Shown here piece after piece: positions 39,013-48,455 of a stretch of DNA of 64,000 nt. The stretch comes from an uncultured delta proteobacterium. GTDB taxonomy: Bacteria; Myxococcota_A; Polyangia; Fen-1088. The translations under genes and the position numbers were made by a program. Within the stretch, counting starts at the first letter, position 1; every line of letters starts with the position of its first letter. The stretch lies in NCBI GenBank assembly GCA_963755125.1, contig CAVWIP010000017.1, forward strand, positions 192,001 to 256,000. The letters are read 5' to 3'. The notes under the pieces were generated by a model that worked only from the letters and a program-made list of their open reading frames with translations, ran no database searches and was not told the DNA's origin.

Positions 39013-39780
39013 CTACTGTTGAGACAAGGAAAACCGAACCGGCACGACGACCTTACTTGCAACGGGTACTCCGGAGGCTTGCGCGGGTTCAAATGTCCAT
39101 CCGCGGACTGCGTCGATGGCGGCCTGGTCCAGCAAGGGGTGGCCGCTGCTTTTGAGTAGAGAAACCCGCAGTGCCCTGCCGTCACGACTCACGGCGACGG
39201 TCGTTTCAACCACGCCCTCTTCGTGTCTTCGCCTCGATGCGATTGGGTATTCAGGCGGCGGATTGCTTCGGTAGCGCGGCGTTGCGAGCACGGTAATTGG
39301 CCCGGGCCCAGGCCCGGCAGCGGTCGGCGCTGCAGGCGCGATTGGCAAACCAGAAGTCTGGCCCTTGGTGCCCTTCAGCAGCGCTGTTTCGGCGGCGACG
39401 GGAAGAGCCACTTCGCCGTCAGGCGACACGTCGGTTGACGGGCTGTTGGCGATGGCGGGCGGATCAGGACGGGGTGGCGCGGGGGACTTGGGGCGCATCC
39501 GCGCGACGGAGGTTCTGGTCTTGACTGGTATCAGAGGGACCGGCGGCTCGTTTAAACGCGCAGGAGGGACGTCGCGTATCGGATCGAGCTTGGCTTCGAC
39601 AAGATCCACCACGACATTTTCCGCCGCAGCTTGTTTCTGCAGGGAACGTGTCAGGAAGACCGCGCCCAGTCCGAACAGCAGCGTGTGACAGATCGCCGAG
39701 GTAAAGAGGCTGACGAAATACCGCCTGCGCAGGACGGAGACAGCGCTTACTACGGGCATCGGCCACGTCACTCGTCTCAA
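39013..39780 (-). CDS. tonB: Energy transducer TonB
   Basis: SAICH TM motif, Pro-rich spacer, PEYPIASRRRHEEGVV..SSGHPLLDQAAIDAVRGWTFEPA; start uncertain. Confidence 0.88.
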   Translation of the reverse strand: MRRVTWPMPVVSAVSVLRRRYFVSLFTSAICHTLLFGLGAVFLTRSLQKQAAAENVVVDLVEAKLDPIRDVPPARLNEPPVPLIPVKTRTSVARMRPKSPAPPRPDPPAIANSPSTDVSPDGEVALPVAAETALLKGTKGQTSGLPIAPAAPTAAGPGPGPITVLATPRYRSNPPPEYPIASRRRHEEGVVETTVAVSRDGRALRVSLLKSSGHPLLDQAAIDAVRGWTFEPAQASGVPVASKVVVPVRFSLSQQ

Positions 39781-42014
39781 TAGTGAACCGTGAGGCCCGC
39801 CCGGACCTGGAAAGGCTCGTAAGGGTGAAGGTGGACATCGTTCACGCCGGCCGCCGGCTCGCCCGGCAATCGCGACGGGTAGTAATAGGCGATATCATCC
39901 GACTTTGAATTTAGCAGGTTGAGCACATCGAGGGCGACCTCATACCGGCTGTAGCGATAGCCGACCCTTGCATCCACGATCAGCGAATCCGGCTGCCGAA
40001 CGCTGTTGTCTTCGACAAGCGGCCGCGAGCTAAGATAGCGCAGACGCGCACTGCCGAAGATCCCGATGGGCAACTCGATGGTCGCCACGCCCGAGACCAC
40101 TGCCGGGATGGTATTTGGTATGTATACGCCCAGCGGATCGTTGAGGTAGCGAGCGTGAGTCAGCGAAACATCGGCGGTCAGCGTGAGCCACGAGGTCGGC
40201 TTGTAGAAGTTGGCCCACTCCACGCCGTACTTACGGCTCGGGGCGTTGGCTTCCGTGTCACCGGTATCGCCGTCGAATGTTAGCTCCGAATTTGACTGCA
40301 AGAACCAAAGAGATAGCGTGCTTACCAGCCCCGGCAGGATCGAGGTGCGGGTTCCGAACTCGGCGCCCTTGGTGCGCACGAGCAGTGGCGATCTGAACTG
40401 CGGAACCAGGTAGGCGGCGGGAACCGTGGCAATTACCCCGCGCGCGTCGTTGCTGTGAAAGCCAGTGCCGAGACTCAAATAGAACTCGGTCCTTTTCCAT
40501 GGCCCGAAGATCAGGCTGGCCTTGGGATTGGCGATGCCGGACATTTTGCTTCCGGAATTCGCAGGCACGTTGGCGTCGACGTCGACGGCGAAGACGTCCG
40601 CTCGAACTCCAAGATTGGTCCTGAACCAATCGGCCCATTGAATCTGGTTGTTGCCGTACGCGCCGGTGCTGAATTCCTCGATCCGGTCATCAATATACAC
40701 ACTCAGCACCTGTCGCTGGTGGGTGTGGTCGAGGCCCGAGAGCGGAAGGTAGTCGTTGCGAATTTGCACGCCCAGAATGTTGACGACTTCGTTGCCAAAC
40801 CATGTTTGGTTCCATGTCCGTTTCAGATCGGCCCCGGTGACATAGCGCCGATCGATTTGCTCGAACTGATCGCCATTCACGGGATCGTTCAGATAATAGG
40901 TAAAGTCGGAAAATAGATTCATTCTGTAGTAAAAACCGTACAAGGTCAGTTTCGTCATTCCGTCGTCGTTCTTGCGCGTCCAGTTGAATGATAAGGTGCC
41001 TCTGCCCGTGTTCCCGCCATCGGATGGATCCAGAGCGCCAAAACGAGAGATGAGTCCTTGGGTAATAGCCCGCTGGGCTATCTGGTCGGTGGCATACCAG
41101 TTCGGAGCAACGTAGACGCTGGCAGTGAGGGTGTACTGGTCATTGAAATTGGTCCAGTGGTAACGCAGGAGACCATTCCAGCGATTGGAGTTCTCGGGGA
41201 CCACCCACTGCCCGTCGTAATGATTGTATTCTAGGGCGTAGAGCAACGTGCCCGGGCCAACGGTCGGCGATTCCGCCACCAGTGTACGCGCAAAAGCGAA
41301 CTCACCTCCCTGTAGGTTGATAGTGCCTTGCGGGAGGGTATTCACCAGATGAACGTCGGCCGCGCCCGCGCCTGAAAAGTCCCCAACCTCTGAATAGAAC
41401 GGCCCCTTCCGGTAGTCGATGAAGTCCACCAATTCCGGGATCATGAAGTTCAGATCAGAGTAGCCTTGCCCGTGCGCATGGGAGGGCAGGTTGACTGGTA
41501 CATCGTCCACCGAGAAGGCGAAGTCGGTTCCATGGTCCAGGTTGAACCCGCGTAGGAAGTACTGATTTGCCTTGCCGTCGCCGGAGTGCTGGGTGACCAC
41601 AAGGCCGGGCACGGTTTCCATCAATTCACCGCGACGGAGCAGCGGCAGGTCCTTGAGATCCGCCTCGCCTATCGCGCCCTCCGAGGCGCCGACTGCGATT
41701 CCTAGTATGTCTTCCGCGCGTCCGTGCACCACGACCTCAGGCATCTGGGTAACCTTGCCGGTTTCGGTGGGCAAGGCGACAGGCTGATTGTTCACAGTTG
41801 CGGCGCCATCGGCTGTTGCGGCCGATGTTTCATTTTGGCCGGCGTCCTGCGTCTGCACAGTTGCGGCGCCATCGGCTGTTGCGGCCGATGTTTCATTTTG
41901 ACCGGCGTCCTGCGCCCACAGGGAAGGCCCGATGCCCAGGGTGGTGACTACCACCATGACCACCACGCGTCGGCGAAAGGCCCGACCAGGGAAACGGTTC
42001 GATGCGACTTTCAT
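39777..42014 (-). CDS. TonB-dependent receptor, probably for nickel/cobalt
   Basis: Signal peptide, TonB box EVVVHG, plug QHSGDGKANQYFLRGFNLDHGTDF..HAHGQGYSDLN, aromatic C-terminus; next to nikR and hox. Confidence 0.88.
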   Translation of the reverse strand: MKVASNRFPGRAFRRRVVVMVVVTTLGIGPSLWAQDAGQNETSAATADGAATVQTQDAGQNETSAATADGAATVNNQPVALPTETGKVTQMPEVVVHGRAEDILGIAVGASEGAIGEADLKDLPLLRRGELMETVPGLVVTQHSGDGKANQYFLRGFNLDHGTDFAFSVDDVPVNLPSHAHGQGYSDLNFMIPELVDFIDYRKGPFYSEVGDFSGAGAADVHLVNTLPQGTINLQGGEFAFARTLVAESPTVGPGTLLYALEYNHYDGQWVVPENSNRWNGLLRYHWTNFNDQYTLTASVYVAPNWYATDQIAQRAITQGLISRFGALDPSDGGNTGRGTLSFNWTRKNDDGMTKLTLYGFYYRMNLFSDFTYYLNDPVNGDQFEQIDRRYVTGADLKRTWNQTWFGNEVVNILGVQIRNDYLPLSGLDHTHQRQVLSVYIDDRIEEFSTGAYGNNQIQWADWFRTNLGVRADVFAVDVDANVPANSGSKMSGIANPKASLIFGPWKRTEFYLSLGTGFHSNDARGVIATVPAAYLVPQFRSPLLVRTKGAEFGTRTSILPGLVSTLSLWFLQSNSELTFDGDTGDTEANAPSRKYGVEWANFYKPTSWLTLTADVSLTHARYLNDPLGVYIPNTIPAVVSGVATIELPIGIFGSARLRYLSSRPLVEDNSVRQPDSLIVDARVGYRYSRYEVALDVLNLLNSKSDDIAYYYPSRLPGEPAAGVNDVHLHPYEPFQVRAGLTVHY
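41793..41914. repeat. 63-bp-period tandem duplication in the receptor N-terminus
   Basis: Two 59-nt copies with one mismatch encoding QDAGQNETSAATADGAATV twice. Confidence 0.9.
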
Positions 42015-42066
42015 TGCAATTTTTCTCGACGACGTGAACCTGGAAACGACAACGATGTGAAGAGCA

Positions 42067-42094
42067 GTAGCACGAAAGGGTATAAAGATGCCAC
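42067..42094. promoter_or_regulatory. Candidate NikR operator upstream of the TonB-dependent receptor
   Basis: GTAGCAC-N14-ATGCCAC imperfect inverted repeat. Confidence 0.5.
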
Positions 42095-42147
42095 AGGATT
42101 CTGATCCTCGTCCATCCGGGGCTTTCCCGTGCATGAGGGGAAGTAGA

Positions 42148-42463
42148 TTATCTCGCTGGAGCCACGCCTGGCTCCGTCGGAGCGGCTGACGTTGCAGGAG
42201 CGAGTGCAGCCGAACCGCCGACGTTGATGGCGAACTTGCGCACGCCAGCGTGTTTCACCAGATCGATGATGTGGACCACGCTACCGTGGAAAACCACCTT
42301 GTCCGCAGCAATGATGGCCTGCAGATCGCCGTTCTTCGGCAGTTCGGACGCGATTTGCCTGGCCACATGGGCTTCGTCGGAAGGCTCACCATTGAGGTAG
42401 AGTTGACCATCCTTGTTCCGACCCGAGCAACGTGAACGCGAGAATGTGTTCGGTGAGGTGCAT
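42148..42463 (-). pseudogene. exbD: exbB'-'exbD deletion fusion remnant
   Basis: RBS GGAG + MHLTEHILAFTLLGSE (ExbB-like start) joined out of frame to the ExbD periplasmic domain (KDGQLYLNG..IIAADKVVFHGSVVHIIDLVKHAGVRKFAINV). Confidence 0.7.
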
Positions 42464-42482
42464 GATTCTCCTTCGCCGGGTA

Positions 42483-42510
42483 GTAGCATGACTCTATGAA
42501 AAGGTGTTAT
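42483..42510. promoter_or_regulatory. Candidate NikR operator upstream of exbB'
   Basis: GTAGCAT-N14-GTGTTAT; same half-site and spacer length as 42067..42094. Confidence 0.5.
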
Positions 42511-42568
42511 CAGAAAGAGGACAATCGATCTGCCTCAGTGGGGCGGCGGCCGAAGGCTGGAGACAGAG

Positions 42569-42841
42569 ATGATTGAGAAGTGGCACGACGTGGCCAATGC
42601 GTGTTACGAGCTGAGATGGACGATTCGTGGTTTCGTGCTGCGGGGTCAAGACTGGCCGTTCATGCACATCCCTGACGGATCGCCGGGCCTGGCGGTGTTC
42701 GTGGCGCAAGTCGCCTGTGCTCGAAAGCGTCACCGCGAAACTGGGTTTCACCGGGCAAGGCGCGTCGGCGACCCGTGGGCGAGAGCCTGGAAGGTTCCCG
42801 TGCGCAGATGTGGGGGTCGCGCTGGCGCCTGGGGCGATTGA
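42569..42841 (+). CDS. Possible small hypothetical protein or degraded gene
   Basis: GGAG RBS before the ATG; no recognisable motif and weak codon bias. Confidence 0.25.
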   Translation: MIEKWHDVANACYELRWTIRGFVLRGQDWPFMHIPDGSPGLAVFVAQVACARKRHRETGFHRARRVGDPWARAWKVPVRRCGGRAGAWGD

Positions 42842-42843
42842 GA

Positions 42844-43203
42844 CTATTGCCGAGCTGTTGTTGTGGACTGGTAGATCCAATCAAGGTAAGGCGCGCTGCC
42901 GGCGGCCAGGGGCAGGGCGATGATCTCGGGCACCTGGTACGGATGAAGCGTGGCGATGCGGTCGCGCACGGCAGGGAACAGGTCGAGCCGCGTCTTCATC
43001 AGACACAGCACCTCGGCCCCGTCGCACAGCTTACCTTCCCAGTGATAGATCGAGCGCAGGCCAGGCAGGATGTTCACGCAGGCTACCTGCCTTTCGTCAA
43101 CCAATGTGCTTGCGATGCGGCCTGCCACGTCCGCGTCGGGCGCGATCACGAGCAGGACGACGAAATCAGCAGGGCGGGGTGCAGTTGTGTCGGGGCTTGC
43201 CAT
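42844..43203 (-). CDS. cutA: Divalent-cation tolerance protein CutA
   Basis: ACVNILPGLRSIYHWEG, E...KT, HPYQVPEII, YLDW. Confidence 0.93.
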   Translation of the reverse strand: MASPDTTAPRPADFVVLLVIAPDADVAGRIASTLVDERQVACVNILPGLRSIYHWEGKLCDGAEVLCLMKTRLDLFPAVRDRIATLHPYQVPEIIALPLAAGSAPYLDWIYQSTTTARQ

Positions 43204-43254
43204 AGCCGCATTCTAGCCTCGGTTTCTTAGAAGGCGCTTCACCGGCGTTAACCC

Positions 43255-43283
43255 TTGAAATGCGCCCGGCTTTTCTATATACG
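43255..43283 (+). promoter_or_regulatory. Candidate sigma-70 promoter of the hox operon
   Basis: TTGAAA-N17-TATACG in the cutA/hoxF divergent gap. Confidence 0.35.
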
Positions 43284-43366
43284 AGGCCAAGCGAGAATGG
43301 CGGTAGGGCTCTTCGACATTGGGGTGGCGACCGATCAGTGACAGACCAGCGAAGATGAAGGACAAC

Positions 43367-45184
43367 ATGGCCGAGACTCAGGAAAGCGTCATCCGGGAGA
43401 TCTGCGGACGGTTCGGCAACGACCCGACGCGGGTGATGGACATCCTGCTCGAAGCGCATCGACGGCTGGGCAGCGTGCCCGCTGAAGCGGTGGATGCCAT
43501 CGCGCGGGCGGTTTCACTGCCGCGGGTGGAAGTCGAGAGCACGCTGTCGTTCTACGCGTTCTTCTCGCCCAAGCCGCGCGGGAAATTCGTCATCCGCTTG
43601 TGCAACGACATCATCGATGAGATGCACGGCGCGGATCGCGTGGGACGCGCCTTTCGCGAGGAGTTGGGCATCGACTTCGGCCAGACCACGCCCGACGGGC
43701 TGTTCACCCTGGAGCACACGCCCTGCATCGGCATGTGCGATCAGGCGCCGGCGGCGCTCATCAACGACAAGGTCGTCACCAACCTGTCGAGCGACCGGGC
43801 GCGCGAGCTGGTCGAGGTCCTGCGCGCGAGCGGCGACGTGGAACACCTGAAGCTCACCCTGGGCAACGGCAACAACAGCCATCCCTTGGTTCGTTCGATG
43901 GTCAGGAACAACCTGCGCGAGCGCGGACCGGTGATCTTCGCGCCCTTGGCCCGTGGTACGGCCTTGCGCAAGGCCCTGGCGGAAAGCGCCACCGAGGTCA
44001 TCAAGAACATCAAGGTTTCCCGTCTGCGCGGGCGCGGGGGCGCGGGCTTCCCCACCGGCATGAAGTGGGAGTTCGCGCGCGCGGCGGTGGGCGAGAACAA
44101 AGTCGTGGTGTGCAACGCCGACGAGGGCGAGCCGGGCACCTTCAAGGATCGCGTGATCCTCACCGAGGCGGCGGATCTGGTCTTCGAGGGCATGACCATT
44201 GCCGGGTACGGCGTGGGCGCGGGCACCGGGATCGTCTACCTGCGCGGCGAATACGCTTACCTGCTCGCTTTTCTGGAAAGCCTGCTCAAGGATCGCCGCG
44301 AGGCGGGCTTGCTCGGCCGCAACATCCTGGGCAAGCAAGGCTTCGACTTCGACATCCGCATCCAGTTGGGCGCGGGCGCCTACATCTGTGGGGAAGAGAC
44401 CGCGCTGCTCAGTTCGTGCGAAGGCAAGCGCGGTGATCCCAAGAACCGGCCGCCGTTCCCAGCGCAGTCGGGGTACATGGGGCGGCCCACGGTCATCAAC
44501 AACGTGGAGACTTTCTGCTGCGTGGCCCGCATTTTGGAGAACGGGCCGGGCTGGTTCAGTTCCATCGGCACCAACGACAGCACCGGCACCAAGCTGTACA
44601 GCGTGTCCGGCGACTGCGACCGGCCGGGCGTGTACGAGCTCCCCTTCGGTGCCAAGGTCAGCGACCTGCTCGCCATGGTGGGTGCGCAGGAGACCGCGGC
44701 GGTGCAGGTGGGCGGCGCGTCGGGACAGATGATCGGCCCCAAGGACTTCGGCCGCACCCTGCGCTTCGACGACCTGGCCACCGGCGGCGCGGTGATGATC
44801 TTCAACCGGCAGCGCGACGTGCTCAAGGTGGCCGAGGCGTTCATGGACTTCTTCTGTGAAGAAAGTTGCGGCTACTGCACGCCCTGCCGGGTGGGCAACC
44901 GCTTGCTGCGCGAGCGCCTCGGGCAGGTGGCCGACGGCAAGGGAAGCCCGGAGGATCTCGCGTATCTGCAGAAACTGGGCGAGACCGTCAAGGCCACCAG
45001 CCGCTGCGGCCTGGGCCAGACCTCGCCCCAGCCGGTGCTCACCACCCTGCGATCGTTCCGGTCGGAATACGAGCGACGGGTGCAGACGCGCCCGGCGGAT
45101 CTGCTGCCCAGTTTCGACGGGACTGCCGCGGTGGCGGTGGCCGAGTCGCTGGCGCAGCGCCGGTCGGTCTACTTCGGGAAGTGA
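43367..45184 (+). CDS. hoxF: NAD-reducing hydrogenase diaphorase large subunit
   Basis: NuoE-like N-domain (CIGMCDQAPA) fused to NuoF-like domain: LRGRGGAGFPTG, CNADEGEPGTFKDR, GAGAYICGEETAL, ESCGYCTPCR..CGLG. Confidence 0.93.
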   Translation: MAETQESVIREICGRFGNDPTRVMDILLEAHRRLGSVPAEAVDAIARAVSLPRVEVESTLSFYAFFSPKPRGKFVIRLCNDIIDEMHGADRVGRAFREELGIDFGQTTPDGLFTLEHTPCIGMCDQAPAALINDKVVTNLSSDRARELVEVLRASGDVEHLKLTLGNGNNSHPLVRSMVRNNLRERGPVIFAPLARGTALRKALAESATEVIKNIKVSRLRGRGGAGFPTGMKWEFARAAVGENKVVVCNADEGEPGTFKDRVILTEAADLVFEGMTIAGYGVGAGTGIVYLRGEYAYLLAFLESLLKDRREAGLLGRNILGKQGFDFDIRIQLGAGAYICGEETALLSSCEGKRGDPKNRPPFPAQSGYMGRPTVINNVETFCCVARILENGPGWFSSIGTNDSTGTKLYSVSGDCDRPGVYELPFGAKVSDLLAMVGAQETAAVQVGGASGQMIGPKDFGRTLRFDDLATGGAVMIFNRQRDVLKVAEAFMDFFCEESCGYCTPCRVGNRLLRERLGQVADGKGSPEDLAYLQKLGETVKATSRCGLGQTSPQPVLTTLRSFRSEYERRVQTRPADLLPSFDGTAAVAVAESLAQRRSVYFGK

Positions 45185-45194
45185 AAGGGACACC

Positions 45195-45926
45195 ATGAGC
45201 GGCGAAATCACCTTCACCATCGACGGCGCGCAAGTGCGCGGCCAGGCCGGCCAGACCATCCTGCAGGCCGCGGCGCTGTCCAACATCTACATTCCCCACC
45301 TGTGCGCCAAGCGCGGCTTGACTCCCTGGGGCAGTTGCCGCGTGTGTACCGTGCTGGTCAACGGCCGGCCGCAGGCGGCGTGCATCCAGCCCATTGCAGA
45401 GGGCATCGTGGTCGAGAACGACACCGAGGCTCTGCGCGACATGCGCCGCGAACTCATCGAGATGCTGTTCGTCGAGGGCAACCACTTCTGTCCCTTCTGC
45501 GAGAAGAGCGGCAACTGCGAGCTGCAAGCCATGGGCTATCGCCTGGGCATGCTGGCGCCGCAGTACCCGTACTTCTTCCCGGTGCGCGACGTGGACGCCA
45601 GCCACCCCGACCTGTTCCTCGACCGCAACCGCTGCATCCTGTGTGCGCGCTGCGTGCGGGCTTCGCAAGAGCTGGACGGCAAGCACGCGTACGGCTTCGT
45701 GGGTCGCGGCGCGGACAAGCACGTGGCCGCCAACGCGCGCACCGGGCTGGGCGGGATCGACGCGGCGGCCAGCGACATGGCCAGCGAGATCTGTCCGGTT
45801 GGCTCGCTGATGAAGAAACGGGTGGGCTACGCGATCCCGATCGGGCAGCGGACCTACGACGCCAAGCCCATTGGATCGGAAATCGAGCAGGGCGCCAAGC
45901 CGGCGCAGGCAGGAGGGGCGCGATGA
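45195..45926 (+). CDS. hoxU: NAD-reducing hydrogenase diaphorase small subunit
   Basis: IPHLC..GSCRVC..AAC, EGNHFCPFCEKSGNCELQ, RCILCARCVR, CPVG. Confidence 0.93.
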   Translation: MSGEITFTIDGAQVRGQAGQTILQAAALSNIYIPHLCAKRGLTPWGSCRVCTVLVNGRPQAACIQPIAEGIVVENDTEALRDMRRELIEMLFVEGNHFCPFCEKSGNCELQAMGYRLGMLAPQYPYFFPVRDVDASHPDLFLDRNRCILCARCVRASQELDGKHAYGFVGRGADKHVAANARTGLGGIDAAASDMASEICPVGSLMKKRVGYAIPIGQRTYDAKPIGSEIEQGAKPAQAGGAR

Positions 45927-46474
45927 CCGCCGCCAAGCCCAAGATCGCCACGATTTCTCTGGCAGGATGCTTCGGCTGCCACATGTCCCTGCTCGACATC
46001 GACGAGCGCATCCTAAAGCTGGTCGAGCTGGTGGACTTCGACAAGTCGCCTATCAACGACATCAAGGAGTTCACCGGCCGCTGCGCGGTGGGAATCATCG
46101 AGGGCGGCTGCTGCAACGAAGAGAACGTGCACGTGCTGCAGAAGTACCGGCAACATTGCGACACTTTGGTGGTGATCGGCGAGTGCGCGACCATGGGCGG
46201 CCTGCCGGCCATGCGCAACGGCATCCCGCTGCAGGAGTGTCTGGCGGAAGCGTATCTGCACGGGCCCACCGTCCACAATCCCAGCCAGAAGATCCCCAAC
46301 GATCCGGAGATCCCCTTGCTTCTCAACAAGGTCTATCCCTGTCACGAGGTGGTGAAGATCGATTACTTCCTGCCCGGCTGCCCGCCCTCGGCGGACACCC
46401 TGTGGGAATCGTTGGTGGCCTTGCTGACTGGCAAGCCGGTGAAATTGCCCTACGGGCTCATCAAGTACGATTGA
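45923..46474 (+). CDS. hoxY: NAD-reducing hydrogenase small subunit
   Basis: SLAGCFGCHMS, EGGCCNEEN, GECA..GG, PGCPP. Confidence 0.93.
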   Translation: MTAAKPKIATISLAGCFGCHMSLLDIDERILKLVELVDFDKSPINDIKEFTGRCAVGIIEGGCCNEENVHVLQKYRQHCDTLVVIGECATMGGLPAMRNGIPLQECLAEAYLHGPTVHNPSQKIPNDPEIPLLLNKVYPCHEVVKIDYFLPGCPPSADTLWESLVALLTGKPVKLPYGLIKYD

Positions 46475-46494
46475 AGCGTACCAAGGAGTGTGAC

Positions 46495-47925
46495 GTGAGC
46501 GTCATCAAGCGAGTGGTCATCGAGCCCGTTACCCGCGTCGAGGGTCACGGAAAAGTCACCATCCTTCTCGACGAGGCCGGCAAGGTCGTGCAGGCCCGCC
46601 TGCACGTGGTGGAGTTCCGCGGTTTCGAGCGGTTCATCCAGGGGCGGCTCTACTGGGAGGTGCCGGTCCTTACCCAACGCCTGTGCGGCATCTGTCCGGT
46701 CAGCCACCACCTGGCTGCGGCCAAGGCCATGGACGTCATCGTGGGCGGCGAGAAACTGACGCCCACGGCGGAGAAGATGCGCCGCCTGATGCACTACGGG
46801 CAGATGTACCAGTCGCACGCGCTGCACTTTTTCCACCTGGCATCGCCCGATCTGCTGTTCGGGTTCGATGCCGATCCCGCCATCCGCAACGTCATCGGCG
46901 TGGCGGCCAAGTATCCCGAGCTGGCCGTGCAGGCCGTGATGATGCGCAAGTATGGCCAGGAGATTATCAAGGCCACCGCGGGCAAGAAGATCCACGGCAC
47001 CGGCGCCATTCCCGGCGGGGTAAACAAGAACCTGAGCGTCGCCGAGCGCGACGTCTTGCTCAAGGAAGTGGACCAGCAGCTCACGTGGGCGAAGTCGGCG
47101 GTGAAGATCGCGCGCGAGTACACCACCGCCCACCTCAAGGAACTGCTCCCGTTCGGCTCGTTCGACTCCAACCACCTGTCGCTGGTGCGCGCCGACGGCG
47201 CCATGGACCTGTATCACGGCAACCTGCGTGCGGTGGATGCCCAGGGCAAGAAGATCTTCGACCAGATCGACTACCAGAAGTACGTGGACTTCATCGCCGA
47301 GGACGTGCGCGACTGGTCGTATATGAAGTTCCCCTTCATCAAGAAGCTGGGAACGGAATCGGGCTGGTACCGGGTGGGTCCGCTGGCGCGTCTCAACACC
47401 GTGGATTTCATCGACACCTCGGCCGCCGAGGAGGCCCGCAAGGAGTTCCGCGCGGTCACGGGTGGCAAGACCAACAACGTCACCATGGCCTATCACTGGG
47501 CGCGCATGGTCGAGTTGCTGCACTCGATGGAGAAGATCCAGGCCCTGCTCAATGACAAAGATCTGCAGGGCAGCGATCTGGTGGTCAAGGGCCAGCGCCG
47601 CGAGGAAGGCGTGGGGCTGATCGAGGCGCCGCGCGGGACGCTCTTCCACCATTACCGTGTCGACAAGAACGATCAGGTGGTGATGGGCAATCTGATTGTC
47701 TCCACCACCCACAACAACGAGCCGATGAACCGCGCGGTGACCAAGGTGGCGCAGGATCACCTGTCAGGAGTGGAGATCACCGAGGGTCTGCTCAACCGGA
47801 TCGAGGTGGCCATCCGGGCCTACGATCCCTGTCTGTCCTGTGCGACCCATGCGCTGGGGCAGATGGCGCTGGAGGTGAGCGTGGTCGATTGCGAGGGCAA
47901 GATCCTCGATCAGAAGAGTCGGTGA
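46495..47925 (+). CDS. hoxH: Group 3d [NiFe]-hydrogenase large subunit
   Basis: EPVTRVEGHGK, L1 RLCGICPVSHH, L2 DPCLSCATH plus cleavable tail; RBS AAGGAG with GTG start. Confidence 0.95.
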   Translation: MSVIKRVVIEPVTRVEGHGKVTILLDEAGKVVQARLHVVEFRGFERFIQGRLYWEVPVLTQRLCGICPVSHHLAAAKAMDVIVGGEKLTPTAEKMRRLMHYGQMYQSHALHFFHLASPDLLFGFDADPAIRNVIGVAAKYPELAVQAVMMRKYGQEIIKATAGKKIHGTGAIPGGVNKNLSVAERDVLLKEVDQQLTWAKSAVKIAREYTTAHLKELLPFGSFDSNHLSLVRADGAMDLYHGNLRAVDAQGKKIFDQIDYQKYVDFIAEDVRDWSYMKFPFIKKLGTESGWYRVGPLARLNTVDFIDTSAAEEARKEFRAVTGGKTNNVTMAYHWARMVELLHSMEKIQALLNDKDLQGSDLVVKGQRREEGVGLIEAPRGTLFHHYRVDKNDQVVMGNLIVSTTHNNEPMNRAVTKVAQDHLSGVEITEGLLNRIEVAIRAYDPCLSCATHALGQMALEVSVVDCEGKILDQKSR

Positions 47926-48452
47926 TGAACGACGCTGGGTTGCACATTCTGGTCTACGGCTACGGCAATCCTGGCCGGGGCGACGACGGGCTAGGGCCGG
48001 CGCTGGTCGCCGCGCTGGAGGCGTTGGGCGCGGACGGCCTGGACTGCGAGTCCGACTATCAACTCGCCATCGAGGACGCGGCCAGCCTGGCCAAGTACGA
48101 CGTGGTGGTCTTCGTCGACGCCGACGCCGGCGGGCCGGAGCCGTTCTGGTTCGAGCGCGTGCAGCCCACCCGTCAACTGAGCTTTTCCAGCCACAGCGCC
48201 ACGCCCGCCCAAGTGGTGGGCCTGGCGCAAGAGATGTTCGGGGCGCAGGTGAAAGCCTACACGCTGGGCATCCGCGGCTACCATTTCGGTGAGCTTGGCG
48301 AGTCGCTGTCCGAGCAGGCTCGCAGCAACCTCGCGCTTGCGCTAGCCTTCGTGACGCGAGCGGTGCGCGAGCGGCACTTCGATGAATATACGAGGCAGTT
48401 CGGTGTCGATTCTGGTCGCGGCTGTGCCTGCGGCCCCCAGCCAGAGGCCTGA
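47925..48452 (+). CDS. hoxW: Hydrogenase maturation endopeptidase
   Basis: GYGNPGRGDDGLG, QL..E, VVFVDA, SSHS; TGATG coupling to hoxH. Confidence 0.9.
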   Translation: MNDAGLHILVYGYGNPGRGDDGLGPALVAALEALGADGLDCESDYQLAIEDAASLAKYDVVVFVDADAGGPEPFWFERVQPTRQLSFSSHSATPAQVVGLAQEMFGAQVKAYTLGIRGYHFGELGESLSEQARSNLALALAFVTRAVRERHFDEYTRQFGVDSGRGCACGPQPEA

Positions 48453-48455
48453 GCG

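Noticed and set aside
42015..42147. Cobalamin riboswitch upstream of the TonB-dependent receptor
   Set aside because: No B12-box pattern; the inverted repeat is better explained as a NikR site.
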